Shown here piece by piece: positions 1-14,092 of a stretch of DNA of 64,000 nucleotides. The stretch comes from Geosiphon pyriformis uo1 (taxonomy: Eukaryota; Fungi; Glomeromycota): positions 1 through 64,000 of the forward strand of contig JAAOMT010000129.1 of assembly GCA_016748015.1 (NCBI GenBank). Direction: 5' to 3'. Below the pieces are notes generated by a model. It was given only the letters and a program-made list of their open reading frames with translations. It was not told where the DNA came from and made no database searches. The position numbers and the translations under genes are program-made. Position 1 is the first letter of the stretch. Each line of letters starts with the position of its first letter.

Positions 1-740
1 TTTTTTTAAGTTGTTTATTAAATTTGTTATTGGATTTAAATTTTTATGTTATTTTTTACTGGTAAAAAGTTTTATGCTAAAGTTTTTGTCTTTTTGGCTT
101 CTTTTTATATTGTTTTTTTAATTGCTTTTGATATTAATTTTAAGTTTAAATCTAAATTAAATTTTAAAAAATTTTAAATTAAAAGCTTGACTAAGTTAAT
201 TAAATTTATTAATTATTAAACTAATTAATTTTTTAATAACTTTGGGTACTTTTTTTTAATTGAAAATATATACAAAAACACAAAATAAAAAAAAATTTAC
301 TTATTATAATTAATATTTTTAAAAATTTTACTACTTTTTTGGCTGGTATATCTAAAAATTTTACTAGTTTTAAAATTAAAATTAATTTTAACAACATAAA
401 TAAAAATAAAAATAATATTATTAGAATATTTTCTTTAAGTAAAAATATCTATAATTATATAATTGTTTTGTAATAAATATGTAATTCTAATATTAAAAAT
501 AATATTAAACAAATTAAACTATTTTTAATAATTTTATTTTTGTTATTCGAAATTTGAATGATATTATTAAGAAACTTAATAAGTTGAATTTACTTTTAGC
601 TCTTTTTAATTTAGTTTAATTAGTGTTTTAATTAACTTAAGTAATTAATCACATGTAAAAAGCACATAAAACATATTTAATTTAAGTTATATCTTATAAT
701 ATATTGTATTAAATAATATTTGAATATATTTTATTAAAAT
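1..740 (+). mobile_element. Heavily decayed 3' remnant of an ORF1-only non-LTR element (starts upstream of the window)
   Basis: 66-98 (aaaagttttatgctaaagtttttgtctttttgg) matches 53112-53145 of the ORF1-only copy. About 620-740 is a G>A/C>T-eroded version of the shared LINE 3' tail. No ORF2 lies between the two. Confidence 0.5.
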
Positions 741-1081
741 ATATTAGATTAAATAATTAGTTAAGATTTAAATTAATAATTAATTTATATAATAAAATAT
801 AAAATAATCAATTAAATTAAATATTAAAAAAATAAATTATAAAAACATTAAAAAAATTAATAATTAATAATTAATAAATATTAATTATAATATTATAGTA
901 TTAAATAAAATTGTTTTGATTTTTATAATATTAAATTAATTTTTTTTTTAAAAAAACTTTTTCTTTTATTGATCCCTTGGTTACAGCAAAAACATTGAAC
1001 TAGTGAAGAAATACATTTTTATTTCTCTTTTTCCTCTTTGTTTTTGTAGTTGTTTCTTTTAATGAATTTTTATTTGTTGTT

Positions 1082-3047
1082 ATGGATCTAATTGGCTCTT
1101 CAGCTGGTAGTTCTGGTTTTATTTCAACTAAGTTGGAAATTTAAGCTAGCACTAAAAAGAAAATGTGTATTGAGAATGTTTACTTTCATGGCCCTTTATA
1201 CAAAAAGCTTAAGAATTCTGGAGTTACCAATAGTGTGATGGATTTGTCAACTGGTTTTATCTCTATTAACAATTTGTATACTGACAGTAAAAAACACAAA
1301 GTATTTTGGAGTAGTAAGATTGAAAATGAAAAAACAAGTATTAATGAGATATCTGACATTAAAAACATGAAAAATACTATTGCTAAGAAAATGAGTTACA
1401 TGAATTTTAATGCCTTTAAAACTGATAATATAATGGATGATACAACTTCAAGGAAGATACGAACTAGAACATACATCCTGAAACAGCTGCCAAAAGCTCC
1501 TTTCTTTAATAACTTAAGTAAAAATAAATCCATATTGATGCTTCTAGCACCCAAATTTGTTGGTTTTAAGAAGTTATTATTGAATGTGTTATAGAGCAAA
1601 AAAACAAGAAATTTTGTATTGAAAAAGTCTTACACATTGGACATTGACCTGTCAACTATATTTGGCAAGTCCTTTGGTAATAAGTTATTAATTCTAAAAA
1701 AAATTTTTTATTATATAGACAGTTTTGGGAGGAGTGTCTACTCTCTCAAAATTTCCTTGGCTAATCAAATCCTCTTTTACTTTGGAGTCAAGTTTGCTAA
1801 AGGCTAGAGAGTTGGTTATTGCTGCCAAAATTTTGGTTAATAATATTATTAAGAAACCTAACATTTAATTAGATTGGAAAATGATCATCAAGAAGGTCCC
1901 AATAGAATTTTTTAAATTGGTATTAGAATTAGTGTTTTCAAAATTTGGTAAGGTAATTTTAATCAAAATACAATTGATTAGACTATGACAAAAAGCCATA
2001 ATCAAGTTTGAATTAATGAATATGGCTAGTTCAGTTGCTTCCAATTGGTCTGTATTTATAAGAAAAAATTTAGTACATGTGGCTCTGGCTGCTAATAACA
2101 AAGAATTATGGGTAACAAGAGATCTGTATCAGACTTTGTTGTATACTTTGCCAATGAATACTACTGTTCATAATTTGTCAGATTTGCTGGAATTATATGG
2201 TAGAAAAACTTGTTTTATTGGCCATAATCTTAGTTTGTATGTTCATGATAAATGTATAGTAGTTTGTTTTGACAGTGAGACATCCAAATTGGCTGTTATT
2301 AGTTCTATTCCAGTTTTTAAGTGTGTAAATTTGCACTGGACAGGTCTTTTTATAATTTGTTGTGCTAAGTATAAATATTTTGGTCATATATTTAATAGGT
2401 GTTCAATTGGTAGAAATCTGAATAGCCACAGTAAAAATCTTATCAATTTTCAGAATTGTGTTTGATTGGCAAATATATATAAGAAGAAAAATGCTTCTAT
2501 TGCTTGTCTAGTTTCTTTTAGTGGCAAAACATGAACTCAAGTAGTTTTGTTGTCTATCTTCTCTAATGGTATTGGTCTTGGTTTCAGTTCTCATCTTCCT
2601 GTGTCTGGTGTCTTAAATAAAAATAGAAATGTATTGGTTGCTAAAAACAATTTGTCAATTTTTAATTGTTTGGCTTTTTTGGAACATTCTCTAAAGCTCT
2701 TGGCCAATCAGCTGTCAAGTATTGTACATAGATTGAATAATGTAGAGCTGGTGTCTCTGATATCTGTTTTCCGTGTTGTGTCTCTAGTTATTTCTGTTAT
2801 GTTACCATTACTGTCAAATTTGGATATGGTGTTAGATGATCTACAGTTGTTTTTTCTTCTTTTAACTTCAACTGTAAAGGATGTGGTTGTTAATTTAGGT
2901 TCAAGTAGTTCAAAAGTTCTTACTGTTAAAGTTGGTAGTTTGAAGTTGAAATTGGTTGTGCTTGATGTTTCTGTGAGATCAATTTTAGAGAAATTGAATT
3001 TGTTGTATGCAAGTTTGGACTTTTTAGTATGTGTTTCTTCCCAATAA
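1082..3047 (+). pseudogene. LINE-a ORF1 (RRM-like domains, decayed CCHC knuckle, C-terminal coiled coil)
   Basis: ATG at 1082. Fragments LLYTLPMNTTVHNL..GRKTCFI and CAKYKYFGHIFNRC are collinear with the LINE-b ORF1. Multiple stops. Confidence 0.8.
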
Positions 3048-6000
3048 TTGACTTGGTTTAGAAATTTGTCACATGTAATATTCAGAGTATCAATGTCTTT
3101 GCTAAGCAGAAGGATGTTGTTTGTTGGCATATGGATTCAGACAACATGGTTTCTTTTATTACTGAAACAAAGTTGAAGTCTATTATTAGGTCATAGATCA
3201 AGAATAAGTTTAATGAAGTCCAGATTTTTACTTCTGGTTTGAATGTTGGTTTTTTTGGTACTGGTGTCGCCATTATCATGAACAGTTTTTTGGCTTGTTA
3301 TGTTTTTAGAGTAAAGAAGGTTCCTGGTTGGGTTGTTTCTGTGTGGCTTCTGTTTAAGAACAAGTTTTTGATTACTGTTCTTGGTTTGTATGCTGATACT
3401 TCCTTTGATACTTGGTTTGAGCAAGTCTTGAAAGTCAATTTTTTCATTACAAAAGCTGTTAACTTCAGCACTTTTGTGGTTTTGGATGGGAATTTCAATA
3501 AAAATGGATTTGGAAAGAGTGCAAGTTTTAAGTTTTGTTTGGGTCTGAGTTTGGTTAATTCATTTAATAGTCATCTTTTGGGCAAAGCCCCAACTTGGTA
3601 CAACTTGAGAGGTACTGAGAAAGTTTTAGATTATATTTTTATAAGTTTAAATTCAAAGACACAAATAATGCCAAGTAAAAATGCTTTAGGAATTGCTTCT
3701 CAGCTAAACTTTTGGAGATAAAAGATTGTTTTCTAGATGCTAAAGTTCATTGTGATTTGAACACTATGTGGTTGTTGCTGGAGGGGAGAGAGTAATAGTA
3801 AATTCAACTGATAAGATATTTTCTAGACTTTGGTTTAGTAATTTTTGGTGTTCAAAAAGCATACAATCTTCTAAGTTTTTGGAACTGAAATTGTTAGTTG
3901 CTAAAATTGTTAAAAAGTTGAACTCAAGTGACATTCTTGGTTTTAATTGTCTCTTAAGAAAGTGGTTGACCTTAGATGCTATTAAAGCTTTTATAGTAGC
4001 AAATATGATCTAATGTAATGAAAAATTAATAGATGTTTTCAAACATTTGTTTTTGGTTAAAAAGGAGTATAGGAGATTTAAAATATATGAGTCAAAGTTG
4101 GCTGAGAAGACTTTTATTAAGAAGGCAATTAAGAAGTGTATAGATAAGTTTTGTTTTAATAAAGATAGTATAATTAGATGTATATTAGATTGGTTCTTTT
4201 GCAAAGTGGTTTTGAATTATTTAGTGGTGGATGAAGAGTTAATTTTGGAACCAGAGAAAATAAAACTCAGTATTAATATGATTATGGAGAAGTAGACAAA
4301 AAAGCAGAATGTGCTCTCAATAATGCCTGATCTCTGGACACACCAATATACACTGTTAGATTACATAAGAAATAATAGTTTTTTGGTGTTATGTGTGTAA
4401 TCAATATGAGTAAATTACTCTTGGTTATTAATAGTCTGTTTGATGACAAAGCTGCAAACTTGTCTGGTATTTCCAATAAACTTTGGAAGCATGGTAAGAA
4501 TGAGATAATGGAGTGTTTTTTGGGACTATTAAATGCATACTTAGTAGTTGGAGATGTTCCTACTTTGTGGAAAAAAGCTTGAGTATCAATGATCGCTAAA
4601 TTTTATAACTGAAATAGGGTTTTTACAAACACTTGGCCTATTGCATTAATTAAAACTGCCAGGAAAATTCTCTTCAAGATTTTTTCTGATAAAATTTTTT
4701 CTGCATGCAGCAAATATGATGTTTTTTGTGGTAATAATTTTTCTGTTTTAAAGAATATGTTTACAATCTTCTGTGTTTGCAATTAGTTTAGTGGTCAAAA
4801 ATGTACTGGATAAGAATCAAGAACTCTGGTTGGTCTTGCAGAATATATATAAGGCATACAATTTGGTTGGTTGGCATTACTTAAAAGCTAGTTTAAGGCA
4901 GATCAAGATGTATGACAGATTTATAAATTTTTTTGGTAGCATATATAATAATAGAGTTAATAGGATAATGATAGACTTTGGTCTTTCTAATAACTATAAG
5001 GTGCATAATAGTTTGAATTAAGGTGAAGTTTTTTCTCCTCTTCTTTGGAGGATCTTTTATGATCCATTTTTGTATAAAGTTAAAAGGCATGAACATTTAT
5101 GTGAATATCAGATTAATACTAAGTTTGTGGTAAAAACTGATAAAATTGAGAATAGTAATGGTTTATCTTCTTTTTTCGCAGCTGGTATATTTGTGGATAA
5201 TACTATTTAAATTAGGAATTGTCAAGCTTCTACATAGTATGCTCTGAATATTGCTAGTGAATTTTTTTCAATTAATGATATTTCAATTAATACTAAAAAG
5301 ACTGTAGCTATTCCTATTAATCAAGATATTGGATTGCTTTTTTGAACATCAATGGTCAACCAATTTTAATTGCCAAAAAAGACAAAGCACACAAGTACCT
5401 TGGGATTTTCTTATTAACTAAGGGGTTGTTCAAGCTAAGTATAACCAAGACTCATTCTAATGTTTGTTTTTTTGTCAATATGGTACTCAGAAAGGCTATT
5501 ATAGATAAATAGTTTTCTTATTTAGTGTCAGCTGTTTTACAGCTCATTGTTAGTTATAAGACTCAATTTGTTTTATTCAGTGTGTATTGCAAGTGGAATG
5601 TTATAATTAAAAAGGATTTTAAGACTAAAATGTGTCTGCCACATGATTTTTCTAGTGAGATTTTGCATCATTTATTATTATATGGTCTGAAATCTTTTGA
5701 GCAAGTGCAATCTGAAAGTAAACTGGCTGCTATAGTCTTGTTTTCTAATGCTTTGGATATTTTTGGACATTTATTTAATCATAAATTCTTGGATTTGCAG
5801 ATTTTGGAATAGGCTCTTTTGAATCTCTTACAGCTCTTTATTAAGTTACTTGTTAGTTTTGTAAACAATTTTTTGGCTGGTATAATTAAAATTTTTTTGA
5901 GTAATGAGCTATCTTTGGCAAACATTTTGTTCAATACTTTTTATAGTTCTGGTCTTTTTTCAATGTCATTGATTCTTGGAAAAACTTTGTATCTTAGTTT

Positions 6001-8416
6001 AGTTCATTCTTTGAAATGTTTTGGGATTGCTTTTGGTGATAGGCTTTTTGATAAGAAAGGCTGTGTGATAGATTGAAAAACCTTCCATCAGTGAAAAAGA
6101 TTGAATCCTAAAGGCTCTGTTTTTTATTGGTTTGAAGTCACATCAAAATTTTTGTTTGATAAAAGTTCTTGTTTGTTTAATCTACCTGTGCTTATTTAGT
6201 TTATTAGCTTAAACATTTTAAATTCCAGAGAGTTTGCTAATGTGCAGAATAACTTGTATGAAGTTTGGTCTGATTTATTTGAAGTATATACAGATGGTTT
6301 ATTGAAAAATGCTGGCTCTGCTGGCATTGTTGGTAGTGTTGCTGTATATTTTCTAGCTTTGGATATGTGTATTGGTGTCAAAATTTGTGGTCTTGTGTCT
6401 TTTACTATGACTGAGTTGCAAGCTGTTGCTTTGTTTCTAAAGTGTGTTCTGTCTTTCTGTTTTGTGGTTTTGCATTTTGACAGCCAAGTTGCTATTGATG
6501 CTTGTATGCCTGAGGTTTTGTTTGCTGTGCCAGATTTTTGTAATTAATACTGAATTAAGAGAAGACATATTGTTAATTTAATTAGGAACAAGGATTTTAT
6601 AGTAGATTAAATTAAAATTAAAGATCATTTTGGAATTTATGGTAATGTGAAGACAGATGTCATTGCAAGCTTGACTGCTGGCTCACTTCTTTTTTTACCA
6701 GTGAGGATACAAAAGCATTTTTTAATAGCTAAAAATATTGTTGTGTCTGATAATATCTACCACTTTGTTAGGAACATTTTTAGGTCTATTTGTTATGCTT
6801 GCTGGAAGGTTGATTCTGGCCATAATGTGGTTTTTTGTGCTCTGGTCAAGGATATAAATTGGAATATTACTGCAAAAGTTTGGCACTCTAATTTACATAT
6901 GCTCCCTGATTCTACTAATCAGAAGTCATCCAATCTTCATATGTACTTAATAAAAGTAGTGCACAAGTGATTATTAGTTACTGTTACAAGTAATTATTTG
7001 AGGTCTCAAATCAAATAACAAACCTATAACTTGGTGCTTGATTGATATAATAATGTGGGTACCAAAAGGTTGGGTTGATTTGAAGGTTTTGTTGTGGAGT
7101 TCTTTGTATAATAGACAAAGATTCAATAGTTGTTTCAGTAGCCTTTCAGAATCACAATTTTGTCGAATTTCTTTCTCAGCATGGTGGCTTGTAATCCTCC
7201 TGGTAAGTTATCCTCAAATCTATGAGTGTTTTACCTTTGTTTCATGGGTCTTTTACCAGTCTCTATAACATCTGTATCTCAGTGCTTAATTTTTTAATCA
7301 ATTAGTAAATAATAACAAAGAAAGAAATAAAAATAACAGAAATAAAAAATAAAAAATAAGCCAAGGTAATAATAGTTAGTATTCCATCAATAGCCATGAT
7401 CAAGAGCTATTGTTCCAGTATGGTTAAGTATCAATTACTATCAACACTTCATGTTGATAGTGAAAAGTAAATTGAGATGATAAATAATTATTTATTGGTG
7501 AATAAAAAGATTGCTTAGATTAAAATTTAAACTAAGAGGTCTGTCTTTTCTACTTCTAATGCTACTGCTATATATATATAATTAAGATTCCTTAATTCCT
7601 CAATTTTTCATGTCAGGAATTCTGCAATTTTTGGAATTCTGTAATTCTTTTAATTAGAATTCTGGAATTCTGGAATCCTGCAATTCCTTATATGAGAATC
7701 TTGAAATTTCTGAAATCCTGCAATTCCTCTAAGAAGAATCCTGGAATTTTACATTTTACTATGATTACTTCTGATTGGTTAATTTATGCTAATATATATA
7801 CTTCCTATATTCTATAAGTAACATTACTATTAGGAAGAGGTTGTATAATAAGGAGTATTCTGGTGTGCTGTGTTTGTTGTGTAGTAAAGTAGAATTGTTA
7901 AATCATGCTTTTATTTGTGCTTAGGATGTTGGCATTCAGAGAGAAATTTTGGCTGAGGCTTTTATGCAATGAGTTACTTTGGTAAATGCTTATGATTTAT
8001 TTTTCTCTGCTGTTTTGTGGATGCTCTTTTGTTGTTTATCAGATACTAAGACTTATATAGTTGTGTGCAAAGGGTTTGTTCTAAAAGATTGGTATATGAA
8101 GGCTCTCAGAATTTTTGATGATAGAAGAAAAACCATGACAATAGTTGTTAATTTTGTAAGATATTTGGTAGAATTACATTATTTTAGAGCTTGGCTAGCA
8201 AGGTCTAAATTTAGGGTTGATATAGAAAAGACTGGTTTGGTTGGAGATGGTGGTGTGGTGTCAGGTTTGTCTTGTAGTTTAATGTCAATGTTGTCTAATA
8301 ATGTAATTAAGATGCTTGGCATTATTGAATTTTTTGCTGTTAGTTTTGGCCATTATAAACCAAGCCTTTTTTTTTCTGGTCTAAATTGTAATATTAATAT
8401 TAGTATAAATATGTAA
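3044..8416 (+). pseudogene. LINE-a ORF2: APE endonuclease-reverse transcriptase-RNase H-C-terminal zinc motif (split by solo LTR 6982-7822)
   Basis: APE motifs TCNI, TETKL, GNFN (from GDFN) and LDYIF. RT region KAYNLVGW and IFVDN (from FVDD) near 5190. RNase H EVYTDGLL and TELQAV at 6280-6430. CLLC..H motif at about 7870-7920. Confidence 0.9.
6982..7822 (-). repeat. Solo LTR of the Gypsy family
   Basis: TGTTAC...GTAACA termini. Reverse complement of the family LTR including the GGAATTCCAGGATT repeats. 4-bp duplication TTAC/TTAC (6978-6981, 7823-7826). The LINE-a frame resumes across it. Confidence 0.92.
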
Positions 8417-9082
8417 TGTAATCTTGTTTGGCCTAAGTGGCTAGCCATATGTAGTAAATATGTAAATCATATTTAATTTAAGCTATTTAGTCTGGTTCTA
8501 TGTACTAGATAGCAGTTGGACTTCACTCAATAATTAATTAAAAAAAAAATTTAAAAAAATATATTAAAACTCCAAAAGAATCAAGTTAATTTTTTTTGAC
8601 TTGAAATAATACAAATCTTATAACTTAATTTAACTTGTTAAGTCTTATATATAAATAAATTAAATCTTAATTTAGTTTTTTTAACTTAAAAAATAACAGA
8701 TAATTAAAATAATATATTTAATAGTAATATTAAAATAAATATTATAGTTACTATAAATAAATAAAAAAACAAATATAAATTTGGAATTTTTATAAACAAC
8801 TTAGCAATAAAAAAATTAAATATAATTTTTGTAAATAAGTATTTTTAATTATAAAAATATTTTTTTATTAATTAATTATAACTTATTTATTAATAAATAT
8901 TTAATAACTAAGATATAAAACAGAATAAATTTAGTATTATTTTATTAATTTTTTTTTTATTACATTTAATGAGTAAGGTCCAAACACTACCTAGAACAAT
9001 ACATCAATGAAATGATCTAAACTAGACATAAATCATGCACTTAATCACACATGACCAGCCACTCAAGCCAGTTAAGACAACA

Positions 9083-12000
9083 CTACACAACTATATTAAC
9101 AGAAACTATATTACCAATATCTGAAAAAAACGAACAAGACTTGCGAAAGCCAAAAAGAATGCCAAAGGCTTCAGTAACACCAAGCAATTTAACCACACCA
9201 GGTGACAACCTCAAAACCAAACCAAAAACTGGAATGGAAATTGATTTGTCTGCTGGGATTAGGCCATTCTTTTCCATAAAAGCACAATACTTGGTACAAA
9301 CCAACCAAATATTATTCCTAAAAGCAGAGCATAGAGAGCACATAAAATCAGTAATTTTAACACCAGTAACCTTGGAATTATGGAAGACAGTAACAGTCTC
9401 CTGAAGCCATCCATTGAAAACAAAACTCTTGTAAAGAGCCAAGGAAACCAGCAAATCCGAAGCACAGATCGACATAAACTGCAACACAACCAAAGAGAAA
9501 AAAGAGAGCCCAGAAAGTGACCTCCAAGAAGACATGCAGGATTCTAGAACTTGACAATGAGCCGAATCATCAGCCACATAAGAAAACACATGATCAGAAA
9601 CCTTCACCTTACCACAATACAGACACAGGACACTAGGGTAACATTTATTGTAAATGTGCTTCCAGACAGCCATAGAAAGCCAACAGTACAAAGCCTTCAT
9701 AAGATAAGTGCGAGTATCAGCTGTAAGCCTGCTAGTGAAACCAGTGGCCATATACAAATCAGGGTGCCAAACCCTAAAAGAACTGAGCCAGTCAACATCT
9801 GAATGCAAACTACTAGTCAGAAATCCAGAACCAGAACTGACCTTTCAGTGTGCATAACAAACTGCATGACAAACCACATGACAAACATCTCAAATAAAGT
9901 GTCTAGAATTACCAGAAACAACACCACCATCCGCCAACAAAAAGTGTCTATCCACACAAAGAAGAAGATACCACCCAGATAGAAATGCAGCATCAGCGAT
10001 GCTATTAGCACAGTTATTCCCCAAAATGCCAAAGTGGCCCTTGACTTTGTGCCAACTAACTCTCAAATTCTTACTGTGGATAACATTCCGAATATGCTGA
10101 CACTTGACCCAACATCAATTGCGAAAGTCAGGGCACACCAGGCTTAACTCAGACTTACAAGCATCTAAAGCTGTTTGATTATCCGAAAACAAATTAACAG
10201 AATGAGCTGTAGGCATGCACTCCAAAGCCAACAATATAGCCTGTAATTCTGCTAAAGTAAATAACACTAAACTCTGAACACCAACACCCAAACCCAAATC
10301 AATGTCCTCAAAAAAAACGGCAGCCCCAGCTCTATAATCAGCTGTGCTCAAATACTTCAAAAAACCATCTGTATATACAGACAAACTATTAATGTTAATC
10401 TGGAAAAGACGACCATGAGTGGCCACAAAATTATCAGATTCACAAAAGTTAAGAGGACCAGCACCAACTGAGGCTGAAGAAGACAAATAAGAAGCTGTAA
10501 GAAATGCAACAGAAAGATCAAACCATTCAAGAACCAGGTCATAAGGGTCCAGTCTCTTCTACTGCTTAAAAGTGCACTAGCTAAAAACAATGCCATAACA
10601 ATTATGAAGTTGATCCATGAAGGCAATGCCAAAATGCCAGAAAGAAGGTAAAAACTTGAAAAACAAAGACTTGCCAAGAATGACAAACATAGGAACCCTG
10701 TCATGAAACTGAAAAGCACTGGCCAAAGAGCCACCCAAAGACAAATTGCAATCAAGGAGAATACAAACCATACCAGCCAAGAAATTATTAGAAACGCTGA
10801 TGCAAATATGAACAGAAGAGATCAAAGAGTAAATGGGCCACCAATACAGAACCTGTAAATTATGCGACTTGTGACTAAACAAATGCCCCAAGATTCTGTC
10901 AGAGTTTGCAAAACTAATAAGCGAAGCTACTTTACTCTCAGATTGATATTGTAAAAAAGATTTTAAACCATAAAAAGAAGGATGGTGAATAGTATTACTA
11001 GGAAAGTCCATCGGGAGACCAGCTTTTAGCTTCAAGTCTTTGCAAATCAGAGCATTCTATTTATCACATACACCAACAGGAATATAGCTGAACTGCATTC
11101 TATAGCTGATTATGAGATGGAGAACTGCTAACACCAGATACAAGAACTGCTTATCTGAAACCACCTTCCTTAAAACTAAATTAGTAAAAAAACAAACATC
11201 TGAATGCGCTTTAGTTAAGCTAGGCCTTGAAAGATTCTCAGTTGACAAAAAAATACTGAGATACCAATGAGATTCTCCTCTATGGGCAACAGAAATAGGC
11301 AAACCACTAATAAAAAAAGACAGAATACTGACTCTGCTGTTGATTGGAATGGCCACAGTTTTGTTATTATTAATTGAAATGTCATTAACTCAAAAAAATT
11401 TACTAGCAACATTGAGAATATACTGAGTAGCAGCCTGACTGCTACCAACCCAAATAGTATCATCAACAAAGGCACCAGCAGCAAGAAAAGTAGAAAGCCC
11501 AGTCTGAGACTCAGTGTGACCACTTTCAGAAACAAAATGAGAATTGAACCTGTAACCACACACACTCTCTTAACACTTGACTTTACACAAAAAAGGATCA
11601 TAAAATATGCACCATAGCAGAGGGGAAAAAACTTCACCTTAGTTCAACTCATCAAACACCTGGTAATCATTAGTCAAACCAAAATCTGTCATGACATGGT
11701 TAGTTTGGTCTTTATGAATACTACCAAAAAAGTGAACAAATTTACTACACATTTTGATCTTGACCAAGCTCCTCTCAAGGTGCTTCCAGCCAACCAAATC
11801 ATACACCTTCCACATGTTCTGCAAAACAAGCCAAAGTTCTTGATTTTTTTTCAAAGCATCCTTAATTACTGAGCCAACTGCAAAAATAGGAGACTGAGTT
11901 GTTGTACCCTTTAAAACCAAAAAATTGTCATTACACAGAACATCATATGAACTGCAAGCCAGTGAGATCTTATCTAAAAGAATCTTGGATAGAATCTTGC

Positions 12001-13185
12001 AAGCTGTTTTGATCAAGACAATAAGATAAGTATTCGTGAGAACACCCTCCCACTCATAAGGTTTAGAAATCATTAAAATCCAAGCCTTCTTCTAAGGACC
12101 AGGCACCAACTCACAAGACAAACAAGAATTCAAAAGAACCAAAAACAAACCCAAAACCGACTTATCACAACATTTTCAAAGCTCATTAGAAATGCCTGAA
12201 AAACCAGCAGCTTTTCCATCAGGAAGACTGGTAATCACATGATGCAACTCATCAAAATCAATCTCACTCATTATCCCAGAAAAAGCATCATCAAAAATGT
12301 AGTCCAAAGATTTGTATTGACGAAACCAAGTATCAGAAATATTATCAACCATCACACATTTCCTGGTCCATCCTTCTATAATAACATCCATCTTGAACTT
12401 AACCAAATCAGGTTCAAGAACTAACTCATTGTTCACGACCAGATGATCCAAAACCACTTTGCAAAAGGAACATTTCAACACACTTCTGATTGTATGACCC
12501 TTATCCAGCTCAAAACTCTCCATCCTATTGGTAATAGCCTGTCTAATGTGAAATTCTTCAGTGTGCTTGGACTTCAGCAATTTAAAAAAGCAGTATGACC
12601 TCTTCACTTTGGCCAGAGCAGAACAAATATCATCAAATTTAGCCCCAGAAAAAAACATAGATCTTATTGTTGAAGCACCAGCAGAGTCAAGGTTGTTACA
12701 TGTACCTAAAAACAAAGCAAAACTGACACTAGAACTCAAACAAGAAGCCTTCACCAGCTTGGAAACCAACAGCTCCAGCTTATGAAACCTAGATAACATT
12801 TTATTGTGAACTGTATCAAAACCTTTGAACCATCTTCTCTTGAAAGCACCACCAGCTAAGAGAACCATAATCTTGTGAATGACATCCCACATAGTACCAA
12901 GATTAAAAAACTTCACAGTATTACCAAATACACCTAATAACATAGTAGTATTAGCAGCTGTAGTATCCTTAAACTCAAGTCATTTAGCCTCACTGGCATT
13001 TTTGACATCAAATTTCCAATGATCTTTATTTGCCTGCTTGCAAAAAAAAAACAAGCATGTATCTAATAAACCACCCAGACCCATAGATACAAACACAGTG
13101 TGGTGGTCTGTATCAAAATATTCACTGACATCCAAAACACCGTGATGTACCAAAGAATTGACCAGATTTGGTGAAACAAATACAT
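9083..13185 (-). pseudogene. LINE-b ORF2, 3' part (end of APE, RT, RNase H, CCHC)
   Basis: FDTDH (APE), PDGKAAGFSGISNEL, GAFVDDTIW at about 11450-11476, VYTDGFL...LAELQAI (RNase H), CLYCGKVKVSDHVFS. Confidence 0.92.
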
Positions 13186-14030
13186 TGTTACTCATAAAAA
13201 TATAGGAAATATATTAGCATAATTATTAGCCAATCAGAAGTAAGTGTAGTAAATGTGGAATTCCAGGATTCTTCTCAGGAATTGCAAGATTCCAGGAATT
13301 TCAGAATTTCCAATGAGAAATTGCAGGATTCCAGAATTCCTGTCGTGAAAAATTGAGGAATTGAGGAATCCCAATTATGTATATATAGCAGTAGTATTAG
13401 AAACAGAAAAGACAGAATTGATACCACAGAATCCTTAGCCAAGAAACCAATCATCAAATAAATAATTATTCCATATCTCAATCCACTATTCACTATCAAC
13501 ACTTCATGTTGATAGTAATTGCTACTTAACTACACTGGAACAATAGCTCTTGATCATGGCTATTGACAAGATACTAACAGACTAAATTGCCTTGGCTTAT
13601 TTTCTTTATTTTCTTTATTTTTATTTTCTTTATTTTATTTTCTTTCTTTCTTTGATTTTGTTGTTGTATACTAATTAATTAAAAAGATTAAGTGCTGAGT
13701 TATTGATGTCAAAGATAGCCTGGTAAAAAACCCAGAAATAAGGGTAGGATTTTATATATATTATCAGATAGCTTACCAGAAGGGCATAACTGCCAGACTA
13801 AATCTGGCCACCATGCTGAGAAAGAAATTGGGAAAACCACTTGAGGATACAACCACTATCAACCTTATTGAATCTCTGTCTATTATACAAAGAACTCCAC
13901 AACAAAACCTTCAGATCAACCAAAACCTTCAGATACCATACCTTCTGCATATCATCTATGAAAGTAGCTTTTGAGCACCAAGTTACGGGTTTGTTATTCA
14001 ATTCCACAACAGAAATAATCATCTGTAACA
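13186..14030 (+). repeat. Gypsy-A 5' LTR
   Basis: TGTTACTCAT...TGTAACA, direct repeat of 22448-23285, followed by the PBS. Confidence 0.95.
13228..13392 (+). promoter_or_regulatory. Putative LTR U3 promoter: CCAAT box, tandem GAATT/CAGGATTCC repeats, TATA-like box
   Basis: AGCCAATCAG at 13228, repeat block at about 13257-13371, TATGTATATATAGC at 13376. The same layout occurs in the other well-preserved LTRs. Confidence 0.55.
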
Positions 14031-14032
14031 TT

Positions 14033-14049
14033 TGGTGCTCCCTGTAAAG
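14033..14049 (+). other. Primer binding site of Gypsy-A
   Basis: TGGTGCTCCCTGTAAAG 2 nt after the LTR end. Copy C reads TGGTGCTCCCTGTGAGG. Confidence 0.85.
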
Positions 14050-14092
14050 TATAATCCTACAGAGAACCAGTACCAACAACACCAAACCAAAA

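Larger units (their letters stand above)
960..8549 (+). mobile_element. LINE-a: near full-length decayed non-LTR retrotransposon with RNase H, interrupted by a solo LTR
   Basis: ORF1 and ORF2 remnants in order, shared 3' tail at about 8417-8539, poly(A) at 8540-8549. The 5' boundary is approximate. Confidence 0.9.

Noticed and set aside
8920-8960. Target-site duplications of the LINEs
   Set aside because: Flanks are low-complexity AT and candidate matches are not distinguishable from chance.
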